Under the pieces are notes generated by a model. The model was not told the DNA's origin. It was given only the letters and a program-made list of their open reading frames with translations, and made no database searches. A DNA stretch of 64,000 bases from positions 9,486,001 through 9,550,000 of the forward strand of contig NC_135667.1 in NCBI RefSeq assembly GCF_964188315.1. Direction: 5' to 3'. Positions 12,319 through 25,096 of this stretch are shown here, one piece after another. Numbering within the stretch: position 1 is the first letter of the stretch; the number at the start of each line of letters is the position of its first letter. The position numbers and the translations under genes are program-made. The stretch comes from Podarcis muralis (lineage: Eukaryota).

Positions 12319-12805
12319 TGTCTGGCACAGTAATAGACGGCTGTGTCCTCTGGCTTCAGGCTGTTCATTTGAAGATAAAAGTTGGTGCTGTCCTTGGAGG
12401 CAGTAAAACGCCCTCGGATGGTTGGGGAATAGTTATTGCTGGATGATGAATAATAGTAAAGAAGCCATTCCAGCCCTTTTCCTGGAGACTGTCGGACCCA
12501 GCTCATGGTATAGCTGCTAAGATCAAAACCTCTTGTGGCACAGGTTAACCTCACAGATTCTCCAGGCTTTTTCATTTCTGGGCCTGACTGAGTGAGGACA
12601 ATCTGTGAACTGGCCCCTGCAGAGAGAAGAGACACACTGCTTAACTGTGTGCATTTTAAAGCTAACACACAAAAACAAGGATGTCAAGAGTCACCCAATG
12701 TGGAAATAACTCCCCACACCACTAGTACATATTATAAAGATACAAATCAATTGACTTACATGGTAATGTGCTTATAATCATGATGAAATGTAAGTTCCAC
12801 AACAT
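12319..12805 (-). CDS. IGHV: V6: IGHV family Ia, apparently functional
   Basis: Leader 12805-12760 [15 protein letters not shown]; V exon from 12616 [22 protein letters not shown]...YYCAR; perfect RSS CACAGTG(12318-12312)-23-ACAAAAACC(12288-12280); variant octamer ATGCAAAA 12932-12925. Confidence 0.95.
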
Positions 12806-13758
12806 TTTAAAATTCATAATCGGAGATTTGAGGACCCCAAAAAATTTCAGAAGCAGTTCCACTGAGCTTTGATTCCGTCTGAGGATCTGGTGTTTACCTT
12901 TAAAGAGGAATGGAAAGTTTTCGGTTTTGCATATTTTGGGTAGGGCTGGAAACATCTGATATAAAAGGGATGAGCTGTACTGGACCTCAACTTCAGTATT
13001 TTCTGGTTCAGTTGAAATTTACCCTGCTGGACCTAGGAAAGGGCCTTGGGCCAGGAGAACTGGTCTCCAAATCCTGGCTTATTCATGTTGTGACTTTGCT
13101 GCAGATGGTTTATTTTCCCCTCCATTTACATCATCACCTCAATGCATGAGTCCTCTGACTTGGCTCACAAAGCACACCATAAATAAACACAAAGGAAGCA
13201 ATTATTATTAGACGTAAAAAAATTGATAGCAATTTAATTTAAAATGAAAACACCCATTGAAATACAAATCTGAGCAGTTAAGGTTATAAAATGTAAGTTA
13301 TTTATAATATCTGCTTGCATATGGTGCTGATTAATGGGATGACAACTCCATAACTGAGGCATCAATACCAGAAAAAGGCCATCTCTCTTTTGCTTGTGCA
13401 TTTCACTTCATTTGTTGGAGAATAAACTAGTGGTTTGAGAAGCTGATTCCTTCTCACTTCAATCCCACTGACAGAGCATCATAAGTCTATTGTGTTCTAT
13501 TGTATCCCAATTCACCCCATCCATTCTGTTCCACTGTATGTATTAAGGACACAATTTGGGCACACCCACACCCACAATAAAACACACACTTCTCAGATCT
13601 GAAAATTCAAATCCAATCCATAAGCAAGTACCCTGAGTATATGAAAATCATAATCAGTTAGAGAGCAAGATTGTCTCCTTAGGTCTCAATGAAAATTTCA
13701 AACAGGCACTTATAGTCTCTTTTGACTGAAAAACAGCTCAGGAATGGAAGGAATGTGA

Positions 13759-13761
<3 letters not shown>

Positions 13762-13811
<50 letters not shown>

Positions 13812-13812
13812 A
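13762..13812. repeat. (GAAA)n microsatellite
   Basis: Tandem GAAA run; paralogous arrays near 36520, 48590 and 60036. Confidence 0.9.
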
Positions 13813-14239
13813 CAATCCTTAGATGAAGAGATAACATGGTTCAGGAGAGGGCCAGATGAAAGATTCACAATCTATATTCATTTACTTCAAAAGAGCAGTT
13901 CCTAGACACCTGCTTCCTCTGGTGAAAGGAGATGTCCCTCTTTAGTATCTCTCCTACTTGCAGTTTTGTGGTTTTTCTGAGTTTCAAGATACCTGTGGTT
14001 CTGTGGTTTTCCTAAGTTCCCACCACCATGGAACAAGAGCACCACCAGCAGCAAGTCATTGGCTTAACTTACAAAGGAGAATGTTTTTTCTTCTTTTCCT
14101 GGTTGTTTAGGAGTCCTGGCTGGATTGCCATCACAGTGCATCACTAGTGCAGTAATTAATTAGTGCAGTAACACTAAACTGCCTGGTCTCCACTTTGGGA
14201 CTAATTATTTGCTGATTGAAGTTGAAGCCATCTTTTGAA

Positions 14240-15231
14240 GCTTTTCAACATCTACATGCAGCCGCTGGGAGAGATCATCAGGGGGTTTGGGCTGGGTGTC
14301 CTTCAATATGCGGATGATACCCAGCTCTACCTCTCTTACAAATCAGAACCAGTGAAGGCAGTGAAGGTCCTGTGTGAATGTCTGGAGGCAGTTGGAGAAT
14401 GGATGGGGGTTAACAGATTGACGTTGAATCCTGACAAGACAGAAGTACTGTTTTGGGGGGACAGAAGGTGGGTGGGTGTGGAGGACTCCCTGGTCCTGAA
14501 TGGAGTAACTGTGCCCCTGAAGGACCAGGTGCACAGCCTGGGAGTCATTTTGGACTTGCAACTGTCCATGGAGGCACAGGTCAATTCTGTGTCCAGGGCA
14601 GCTGTTTACCAGCTCCACCTGGTACGCAGGCTGAGACCCTACCTGCCAGCGGACTGCCTCGCCAGAGTGGTGCATGCTCTGGTTATCTCTCACTTGGACT
14701 ACTGCAATGCGCTCTATGTGGGGCTACCTTTGAAGGTGACCCGGAAGCTACAACTAATGCAGAACGTGGCAGCTAGACTGGTGACTGGGAGCGGCTGCTG
14801 AGACCATATAAAACCTGTCTTGAAAGACCTACATTGGCTCCCAGTACATTTCCGAGCACAATTCAAAGTGTTGATGCTGACCTTTAAACCCCTAAATGGC
14901 CTCAGTCCAGTATATCTGAAGGAGCGTCTCTACCCCCATCGTTCTACCCGGACACTGAGGTCCAGCGCCAAGGGCCTTCTGGCGGTTCCCTCACTGTGAG
15001 AAGCCAAGTTACAGGAAACCAGGCAGAGGGCCTTCTCGGTAATGGCACCCACCCTTTGGAAAGCCTTCCCACCACATGTCAAAGAGAACAATAACTACCA
15101 GAATTTTAGAAGACATCTGTTTAGGGAAGCTTTTAATGTTTGATGCATTACTGTATTTTAATATGTTGTTGAAAGCTGCCCAGAGTGGCTGGGGAAGCCC
15201 AGCCAGATGGGCGGGGTATAAATAATAATAA

Positions 15232-15286
<55 letters not shown>
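14240..15286 (+). mobile_element. 5'-truncated L2-clade LINE (RT C-terminal part) with (ATT)n tail
   Basis: LFNIYMQPL...YADDTQLY RT motif, LDYCNALYVGLP; in-frame stops downstream; ends AAATAATAATAAATTATTATT... Confidence 0.9.
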
Positions 15287-15287
<1 letters not shown>

Positions 15288-16230
15288 AGTGTTGTATTGC
15301 CCTTGGCTTGTGGGCGAAGAAAGCCACTGCTTTATTCTTTTGTGAATACTAGGCATGGAGGATTAAAGCTGCCCTCCTCCCACACCATAGCCTAGATCTT
15401 ACTCCTCTCAGGCTGGCCATTTATTTATTTAAACATCAACTATTCAAGGCAAACCATGGGAAATCTATTATGTATGTCTGAAATAGCCCCAAGGTACAAT
15501 TTCATCACAGAGTGGATCCTGGGATGTTCTCACTGGTAGTAATTTGCCACCAGTCTTTTCTGTCACTTGCTATCTGTCCCTTTTAACGAGTTGAACCTGG
15601 AATTTCCTGCATGCAAAACACATTCTCTGTCTCTGGAACACCCCCTGTTATCACTCATGGAAGCTACAGGTTTCATCAAGATCTGAACTCAAGATCAGTG
15701 ACTTCAAAGTCCACAGTGTTAACCACAGGGCTCACCACCACAGTAAGTATTTCAGGGATGAACTCAGGAATAGAGGAATTTGCCTTCTACCAGATCAGAC
15801 TTTTTGTTTATTTAAGTCAGGATTGAATTCCTCTGGCTGTCAGCCACTTTCTGGGATGGCAGACAGAAGGTCTTCCCCATATCCTGCTTCCTAATCCTTT
15901 TAATTTTGGGACAGTACAAACTGAGGACTCCTGTAAGCAGGACCAGAATGCAATAAAACTCTCCTATTATTTTGATTCAACTCATTTTCAGAGACATGCT
16001 GCTTCTAATATTAGAATGAAAATAAATTGTATATCAAATGAGCCTCAGACAGCACCTCCTTCTGCATAAATGGACAGGGGGAATCTCATTTTCATGAGCT
16101 GTTCTTTGCAATTTATTGGAACAACTGCAATTCTGCTATTAAACTGTGTTTTTTTCCTCTCTCTCTATCTCGGCTAGAAGGATAAAAAAACTCAACAACT
16201 TCTAGAAATATGGCAACACTGTGAAGCATA

Positions 16231-16584
16231 GGTAAAGGTAAAGGAACCCCTGACCTTTAGGTCCAGTCTCGGATGACTCTGGGGTTGTGGCGCTCATCTC
16301 GCTTTACTGGCCAAGGGAGCCAGCATACAGCTTCCGCGTCATGTGGCCAGCATGACTAAGTTGCTTCTGGCGAACCAGAGCAGCGCACGGAAACGCTGTT
16401 TACCTTCCCACCAGAGTGGTACCTATTTATCTACTTGCACTTTGATGTGCTTTCGAACTGCTAGGTTGGCAGGAGCAGGAACCGAGCAATGGGAGCTCAC
16501 CCCATCGCAGGGATTTGAACCTCTGACCTTCTGATCGGCAAGCCCTAGGCTCTGTGGTTTAGACCAAAGCGCCACCCACGTCCC
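16231..16584 (-). mobile_element. Full-length Sauria SINE
   Basis: Reverse complement GGGACGTGGGTGGCGC head to (ACCTTT) tail; flanked by TGTGAAGCATA. Confidence 0.88.
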
Positions 16585-16600
16585 AAGTATGTGAAGCATA

Positions 16601-16718
16601 AAGGTAAAGGTACCCCTGACCATCAGGTCCAGTCGCAGACGACTCTGGGGTTGCGACATTCATCTCGCTCTATAGGCCGAGGGAGCCGGCGTTTGTCCAC
16701 AGACAGCTTCCGGGTCAT
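16601..16718 (-). mobile_element. 5'-truncated Sauria SINE (3' end only)
   Basis: AAGGTAAAGGTACCCCTGACC...; flanked by TGTGAAGCATA on both sides. Confidence 0.8.
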
Positions 16719-17196
16719 TGTGAAGCATATTTATTCTGCTGTTAGCTCCTCCGACCCTTCTCCTATGTTTAACAGCTAAGAAGACACTCAAATAAACCTC
16801 AAGAGCATTTTTTTCTCTGAAGCCCCACCCAGGGTGCCTCTCACTGAAGGAAAAAGTTGTAGCAGTGCCACTTGACTGTGTTCACAGAGTAATGAAATCA
16901 GATGAAAGTTATACTTCAGGAACAGGGCCACAAATTTCCTAATGCTAAATGGACTTCGTATACAGCATCTTTCTTTGCACCTGTGATATGAGACATTCTA
17001 AGGCTTTTTTGAGGTTAATTTCCCATTGTTTGCTTTTCAGAACAGAGCACTCTTCTGTCATTAATGAATCTGAAGGGAGAGGAAATGAATAGGCAGGAAA
17101 AAAAAACAGGGCTATTTCAAGCATATGCAACACTGAAGCCTGGTTCTCAGTTGGGGTGGTTTTTGTACAGCCGCGGAGTTGGGTTGTCTCACTGTG

Positions 17197-17651
17197 TCTC
17201 TTGCACAATAGTACATGGCAGAGTCTTCAGGCTTCAGGGCCCTCAGTTGCAGGGACACCTGGCTTTTTGAGATGTCCCTTGTGATGGTGATCCGGTTTTG
17301 GAGAGCAGAGTTATAGTTATTGCTTCCATCATACCCCATTCGTCCAGTCCACTCCAGCCCTTTTCCAGGAGGCTGACGGAACCAGTGCACACTATTGCTT
17401 GTTAGAGAAAATCCAGACACTGTGCAGGTCAGCTGCAGAGTCTCTCCAGGTCTTTTCAGCCCATTGCCGGACTGTGTGAGGGTAATCTGTGAGGAACTGT
17501 CTGCATTTATCAGAAAAGAATTGAAGAAGACAAAAATAAATAAGAAACACGATGATATTACACACGAATAACCCCTTCTTAAGAGGAAATGGGAAACTAT
17601 CTTACATGCAGGGAATATCATTAGGAAACCAATCAAAAGATTCCTCTCCAT
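17197..17651 (-). CDS. IGHV: V7: IGHV family IV, apparently functional
   Basis: Leader 17651-17606 MERNLLIGFLMIFPA; 105-nt intron; V exon from 17500 QITLTQSG...[26 protein letters not shown]...YYCAR; perfect RSS 17196-17158 (23 spacer); octamer 17767-17760. Confidence 0.95.
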
Positions 17652-18911
17652 GACTTGGATGGTTGCAGGACCAGACGAAGATCTGGATGCTGCTGAAGAC
17701 CTTGAATTTGGTATCTTTGACCTGCACGCCCTCTTTAAAGAAGGCCGTACCAGAAACCTATTTGCATGTTGTCCTGGGTGCCTCTCATAAAAGAGAACTG
17801 AAGGCTGAAAGAAGATGCAATAATGGAGTGGCTAAGAATGAATGTCAGAATCCCACCTTTCCTACCCATGTTTGGCCATCATGTTTTCTGGAAACAGGCA
17901 TGTGACTTGATGCCTTCTTGTCCAGAGTTTCTCTGGCTTTGGGAGGGAACAGAAATTACAATGCAGTACTTAAGGCACTAAAACTTTAATTGGGAAATGC
18001 AGTTATTCAGAATAGCATTGGTCCAGTCTAGGGTGGGGAACATTTTTTAAGGTCAAGGGCAGCATTCCCTTCGGAAAACCTGCCGTGAGCCAAGTGGCAG
18101 TGTTGTTGGGCAGGTTTAGCAGCAAACGTTTGTGAAAGTCATTGCAAATCCCCTCCCCCAAATATTGGTTTCCTGTCGTTGTGGATGTGAAAGTGATTAC
18201 TACCTTCTGTCCTGAAGCCATTTCAGTTCACTCTAAATAATGTCCTTTTGCAGATGGTTCTCTAGCTGCACTGGTGGGTCAAAGGGGCAAACAACCTCCA
18301 TAGCAGATAAGTAGTCAATCTACTTTGAGATGGATTCATCTGTCAATTTCAGTTTACCCCAGTTGCTCCTTTTCCCATTCAGTTCATCATATTTCTACAT
18401 CAGTTAAAACTTCACATTAAAATTCACCTGCACTTTTATGACCATAAGAATGTTGAAATTATTTAATATTACATAAAATGGTTTATAATTGTGTGTGAAC
18501 TGTATTTTTAAGTTACTGTGAAAAATGTACGAACACGTGATGAAGGCTTGTATTTTCCCTTTGCAAATATTCGGGGAAGGTGCTAGCTTTTGTGACTGAG
18601 CAACAGGTCTTTGGATAAAATTTTGGAATGTTTACTTATATTTAGGAAGTAGCCCACACCATGGATTCCCAATCCCAGAAAATGGATCTTACCTATATTT
18701 TAGCACTCTGCTATCCAATCGTTTATTAAATTTAAGAACTGTGGGGGATATGCCTCATATGACCTAAGAACTTCATATATTTCCACATTTAGAGGAGAAA
18801 TCCTAGACACCTGCTTCCTTTGGGAAATGAAATTTCCTTCTTCACAAACTCTTCACATTGTGGTTTCATCTCATTGCTGCGATTTTCTTAATACTTGTGC
18901 TGTCGAACATG

Positions 18912-18926
18912 TATGCCCCCTACAGG
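18912..18926 (-). promoter_or_regulatory. Putative CTCF-binding element downstream of the V8 RSS
   Basis: CCTGTAGGGGGCATA, a strong CTCF core match, 30 bp 3' of the nonamer. Confidence 0.6.
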
Positions 18927-18995
18927 ATTTCTCTTTCCTGAGTAACATAATGGAATGGTTTTTGCCAGACCCAAGACTGTCTTTTCATCACTGTG

Positions 18996-19480
18996 AGCCT
19001 CTGGCGCAGTAATACGTGGCTGTGTCTTCTTGCTTCAGATTGTTCATGTGCAGATATAAGTTGGAGCTATCCTTGGAGGCAGTGAACCGCCCTTGAATGG
19101 TTGGGGAGTAATAATTGGTACCAGTTGAAGAGTAATAGTATATCAGCCATTCCAGTCCTTTCCCTGGAGACTGACGGAGCCAGTGCGTGTGAGCGCTGCT
19201 AAGATCAAATCCAGCTGTGGAACAGGTGAGTCTCACGGATTCTCCAGGCTTTGTCAATTCTGTGCCTACTGAGTGAGAACAATCTCTGAACTGGCCCCTG
19301 AAAAGAGAGGAGGCACACCAAGTGGATTTATAAATAAATATAGAGCAGGTGTTTCCATGCAGGGCACTTCGCTGGATTGAATGCTTCCAAAATATAATGC
19401 TTTGTTCAAAAATAACTTTTGAAGAATTACTTACAAGCAAGCCCAGTTATGAAGAGGAGGCAATTCAATACCCAGAACAT
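18996..19480 (-). pseudogene. IGHV: V8: IGHV family Ib pseudogene (FR1 frameshift)
   Basis: Leader 19480-19435 [15 protein letters not shown]; the spliced frame reads ...CTC ACT CAG TAG (1-nt deletion versus CAG TCA GGC in paralogs); RSS CACAGTG(18995-18989)-23-GCAAAAACC; octamer ATGCAAAA 19603-19596. Confidence 0.9.
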
Positions 19481-21144
19481 TGTGAACAGAGAGATGAGGA
19501 ACCTCACTGATTGTTGAAGCAGGCTCAAGGAGATCTTTCGTTTCTCCGGAGGAGGAGAAAAGTTAGCCATTTAAAAGCAAATGAGAGTGTATGATTTTTG
19601 CATATGCTGGGCAGGGGTGGGCAGAACTTAGACAAAAAGGGAGACTCTCATCAGTGCAGGGAGTGGAGTGAAGCAATAAAAGCTAAGGAGCCCAAAGAGT
19701 GAATTCCAAATGGTCCACAGCCATCAGTATGGTTTAAACATGACGTTTAAGTTACTGGAAAATTTCCTGGGGAAGTTTATGTGAAATGAATGGAGCCCTT
19801 GTTTATTTTAATCAACTATTTGTGTTTCTGTCTCTGTGTGGGAATTGCATCTATTGCATCCCGATTCACCCCATCCATTCTGTCCTACTGTGTGTATTTA
19901 GGACACATTTGGCGCACACTCCATCCCCAATAAAACATACACTTCTCAGTGCTCTTACATGCATTAAAGTGTAAAATGTGTGGCTTCTCCCCTACCAGAG
20001 ATCCTGACCCTCCCCATAGATCACCTACACCTGACGACGCAGGAGTGCTATTCCACTTCTGCATCCCAGCAACTAGTATTTAGACCCATACTTTTTTTAA
20101 TACTGGAGGGACACCATAGGCAGCATAGATTGTTGAAATGAATTCATCTAATGCTCCATGAAAACCACCAAAATTGTGCTCACCCTGATGTCATAACTCT
20201 GCCAAAGTGCATTGGACTGTAGCTGAAGAAAACCACTGAATTCTCAGACATAAATGTTGGCAGAGTAACTGGCTATGTGTTTACAACAAGGGACACATAT
20301 GAAGTGTACAGGAGCAAGGGTGTGCTTGGCTGGATGGCTGATAGCAAGATTCCCAATTGTTTGTTCACATAGAGATTTTCATGACTGATGACTAGTGATT
20401 TGGAAGGGAATTTTCTGCCTCCCAGCCCATAAGTACAATATCTTTCTGCTCCTCTTTCAGAGAAGAGTAGGAGGCTCCACGTGTTCTCTGTCCTCCCAAT
20501 GTTTTGCCAGGCCACTCAGTCATGTAGTAAAGTGGCAGTGTCTCCATCACCAAGGAGACTAGATCACCACCAACCACCCCTATGAACCAACATTATGATT
20601 TCCCCCATTGCATAATGCCAAGTGTTGACTTCTGTCTAGATTACCACAGCATCCTATAGGACCACCCACTTCTAACATATAGCTATTGGATATTTTATTT
20701 TATTTTATGAAGAAATCAGTAGTCAAATTTATTATATATCTGGCTTCTGCAGTAAAATGTTGTTGTTGTTGTTGATAATGATGATGATGGAACAAATTTC
20801 TTCCAAGGTTGCATGCAGGGTTGTTTCTTACACTTTTATATCCTCAAAACAACCCTATGTGGCAGTTTAGGCTAAGAGACTGACCCAAGGTCACCCAGTG
20901 AAAAACCTTAACACCCACAATACACAGGATGTGAAAATTTCTGATCTAGGGTTTGAGTCAACAACATCTACTCTGAAACATCCTCAGAAATTTACAAGAT
21001 CTGTGGCAAATATGTGATTTGCTTGATCACCCAACGGAAATCCCAACAGCTTTTTCAACCCTTAGAAGCCAGCTGATTCTTTCTCTTTATACTATTCTCC
21101 AAATGGGTTTTTGTGCAAACTCAGATTCACTTTCCACCACTGTG

Positions 21145-21594
21145 TTCTCTAGCACAATAATACATGCCGGTATCTTCAGCTTTCAGACCAGTCATATGTA
21201 GATAGATCAGCTTCTTGGAACTGTCTGTGGAGATTGTGAACCGTCCTTTAGCAGAGTCTGCATAATAAGTTGTGCCCGTATTAATTTGTGAAAGCCATTT
21301 GAGTCCCTTTCCAGGAGCTTGATAGACCCAGTGCATCCAGTAGCTGTCTATGTTGAATCCTGATGTTGTACATGTGAGTCGAAGGGACTCTTCAGGTCTT
21401 TTCACATCCCCACCAGATTCCACCAGAGAAATATCTGCATGGACACCTGGAAAGAGAGAGAGATTGAGTTGCAAACCTTACATATGTGGATTATAAAGGC
21501 TTCCTGATAAATCACACCAACTGAATTCCAACCAAAGGGATTAAATACCTTTGAAAATGAAGAAGCTAAATATGAAATGTATCCACAGAATCAT
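21145..21594 (-). CDS. IGHV: V9: IGHV family III, apparently functional
   Basis: Leader 21594-21549 [15 protein letters not shown]; V exon from 21446 DISLVESGG...YYCAR; perfect RSS 21144-21106; octamer 21724-21717. Confidence 0.93.
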
Positions 21595-23072
21595 TTCTAC
21601 TGGATTGTTTAGATGGAAGGCTGGTGTCTGTCTAACAGGATGAGGATATTTCCACAAGCTCAGCTGGAACCCACAGCAAGAGGATGGCTCGGGTTTAAAT
21701 TGTGGACTGTTCCATTATTTGCATATCCTCCTCTATATATGATATTTCCCAGAGGAACTTTTTCAGTTGAAATGCTTCTCAGTCCTTAATGCTTTTGTTT
21801 CCATTTGCCTCTATACACATGGCCTTTGTGATTTTTGTGATTTGCCTCTATACACATTGCCTTTGTAAGCAGAACTTTCGGTCTGACATATTTTGCTCCA
21901 ACATTAAGGACACATTATTTATATATTTTATTCTATACTATCAATATTATTGGATCTGTCCTCTGAATTTTTTTTATGCCCGCCAATGCAAACAACAGAA
22001 CTCCTGAATTAAAATAGAATATCCTTTTTAAAATGCCAATGAATCAGGCAATAAATTGTAAGGAAACGAAAGACAGGAGGTAGAAATAGATGATGAAAAC
22101 AGTGATAATTGTATTAATATTTCTAAATGGAAATATAAGAGACTACCAAAATATGGAGTCACATGTACATAGGTAGTTTATAATGTGATCTTTTGCGATG
22201 AAAAGTTATTTTGGTTTATATTTGTATATTCTTAAAGGTTGGCAAGCCAGTGGCAGATCTTGGCCTCTCAGATTTCAGTGGTACCCTGTGTTACTCCAAA
22301 ATCCTGCAACCCCCACCTGTCACCTTCCATTTGACATCATTGCTGTGGCACCTGCTGTGGAGTCCCAGAAGCTCTGCAGCCATTGTGGCCAAACCTGTCG
22401 TGCTCCCATAGATCCCTCTTTGTGTTTGTCCCTTGGCTAAAACTGGTGATGTTCCATCTTTAAAAGTTCAGAGAAGCTAATGCCTTACAGACTTATTATG
22501 TTGTTCCCCTCAACATTGTACAGTTTTATGATATCTTATGATTACAATAGGTTTTAATGTATATTTTATTGTTGCAAGGAGAACTGATCAGTATTAGACA
22601 TAGGCAGGAATTGCATTTTTTTGTGTTGTTTTCTTCCCAGCTATTGCACAAATGTGAGCTTTGACGTCTCATCTACCTGCTAGCATCATGAACAGTTGCT
22701 GTGGATTGTAGCATTATGATATCTATTTTGTGTGTCCTATCACTATGGGAATTTATTCTGAAAATAAATAGCAAATAAAATTATTATTTATTCTTTAGGC
22801 CAAATGTACTTAACCGCCCTGAGACCTCTGCTTATAGGGCAGTATATAAATTCAGTTAATAATGATAATAATAAAAATTTGCATTCCCACAAGAACTTGT
22901 CTAGCAGGGAAATAAAACCAGGCTAACTTATTTGATCCCAATAGATTTGGGAACTAGGATAAGTAGTTTCTGCCACCTTTGTGGATAGATATGGAACTAA
23001 TGTAGAGAGACTTGATACGTATTTATTTTCTTGTGGTTTATTCAGCACAATCATTTGAACTGAAAGCTCTTC

Positions 23073-23087
23073 AGTGCCACCTGCAGT
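23073..23087 (-). promoter_or_regulatory. Putative CTCF-binding element downstream of the V10 RSS
   Basis: ACTGCAGGTGGCACT; 26 bp from the nonamer because of a 6-bp insertion. Confidence 0.6.
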
Positions 23088-23152
23088 CTTTTACCGGTAA
23101 TTTAACACACAAAGGTTTTTGTCTGAGCTCGAATTCAACTTCCACCACTGTG

Positions 23153-23650
23153 TCTCTGGCACAGTAATAGATGGCAGTGTCTTCTGGCTTCAGGCTGTTC
23201 ATTTGAAGATAAAGGTTGGTGCTGTCCTTGGAGGCAGTGAAACGCCCTTGGGTGGTTGGGGAATAGTTGTTGCTGGATGGGCTGTGATAGTAAACCAGCC
23301 ATTCCAACCCTTTCCCCGGAGACTGCCGGACCCAGCTCATCCAATAGCTGCTAAGATCAAAACCTTTTGTGGCACAGGTTAACCTCACAGATTCTCCAGG
23401 CTTTTTCATTTCTGGGCCTGACTGATTGAGGACAATCTGTGAACTGGCCCCTGCAGAGAGAAGAGACACGCTGTTTAACTGTGTGCAGTTTAAAGCAAAC
23501 ACACAAAAACAGGTATCACATCAGGATTGAAGCAGTGACCAAAAGTGGAAATAACTCCCCACACCACTAGTACATATAATTAAGATACAAAAGATTTCAC
23601 TTACATGGCAGCGTGCTTATAATCATGATGAAATGTAACAGCCACAACAT
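23153..23650 (-). CDS. IGHV: V10: IGHV family Ia, apparently functional
   Basis: Leader 23650-23605 [15 protein letters not shown]; V exon from 23450; perfect RSS 23152-23114; octamer ATGCAAAA 23778-23771. Confidence 0.95.
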
Positions 23651-25096
23651 TTTAAAAATTATAATGGGAGAGTTGAGGACCTAAATAAATTACTGAAGCA
23701 GATCCACGGAGCCTTGATTCCGTCTGAGGGATCTGGTGTTTACCTTTAAAGAGGAAAGGAAAGTTTTCAGTTTTGCATATTTTGGGCGGGCCTGGAAACA
23801 TCTGATATAAAAGAGATGAGCTATACTGAACCTCAACTTCAGTATTTTCTGGTTCAGTTGAAATTTAACCTGCTGGACCTAGGAAAGAGCCTTGGGCCAG
23901 GAGAACTGGTCTCCAAATCCTGGACTGTTCATTTTGTGACTTTGCTGCAAATGGCTTATTTTCCCCTCCATTTTCATCATCACCTCAATGCATGAGTCCT
24001 CTAAGTTGGCTTACAAAGCACACCTTAAATAAACACAAAGGAAGCAAATCATTATTGTATGTAAAAAATGATGACAATTTACTTTAAAATGAAAACACCC
24101 TTTGAAATGCAAATCTGAGAAGCTAAGGTTATAAAATGTAAGTTATTTATAATATCTGCTTGCATATGGTGCCTGTTATTGGCATGGCAACTCCATAACT
24201 GGGGCACCAGTACCAGAAATAGGCTAGCTCCTTTTTGGCAATCCATTTCACTTCATTTTTTGGAGAACAAACTAGTGATTGGGCAGTTGAGGTCCATCTC
24301 ACTTCAGTCTCACTGACACTGCATCTTAGGTCTATTGTGATCTATTGCATCCATTCTGTTCCACTGTATGTATTTAGGAAACATTTTGAGGACACTTCTC
24401 TCTCCCCCCCTAATAAAAAACACACCTCTCAGTGCTCTTAAATGCATTCAATAGTAATATGTGTGGTTTGTCTTCTACCAGAGATCCTGCCCCTCCCCAT
24501 AGATCACCTACACCTGATGACACAGGAGCACTATTCCACTTGCGTATCCCAGCAACTAGTATTTAGAGCCATACTGTTTCTGATATTGGAGGGACACCAT
24601 AAGCAGCATAGATTGTTGACATGAATTCATCTAATGCTCTTCAAAGCCATTCAAATTGTGCTCATTATAATGTCATAACTCTGCCAAAGTGCCTTGGACT
24701 GTAGCTGAAGAAAACCACTGAAGTCTCAGACATCAATGCTGGCAGAGTAACTGGCTATGCGTTTACTACAAGGGACACATATGCAGTGCACAGGAGCCAA
24801 GGATCTGCTTGGCTGGATAGCATGATTCCCAACTGCTTGTGCACATAGAGGTTCTCATGAATGATGATTCATGATTTGGAAGGGAATTTTATGCCTCCCA
24901 GCCCTACAGACTCCGTAGGTACAGTATCTGGCTCTTCCTCTTTCAGAGAAGTGTAGGAGGCTCCACATGTTCTCTGTCCTCTCAATGTTTTACAAGGCCA
25001 CTCAGTCATGTGGTGAGGTTGCAGTGTCGCCATCATCATGGTGACTAGATTGCCCCAACCACCCCTATGAGAAAAAAGTATCCCCTCCCCCTTTGC

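Noticed and set aside
23119-23382. Recurrent plus-strand ORFs antisense to V exons (e.g. 2019, 3498, 28838, 46365, 57881)
   Set aside because: Shadow ORFs of conserved V coding sequence, with non-ATG starts in the ORF track and no independent signals.
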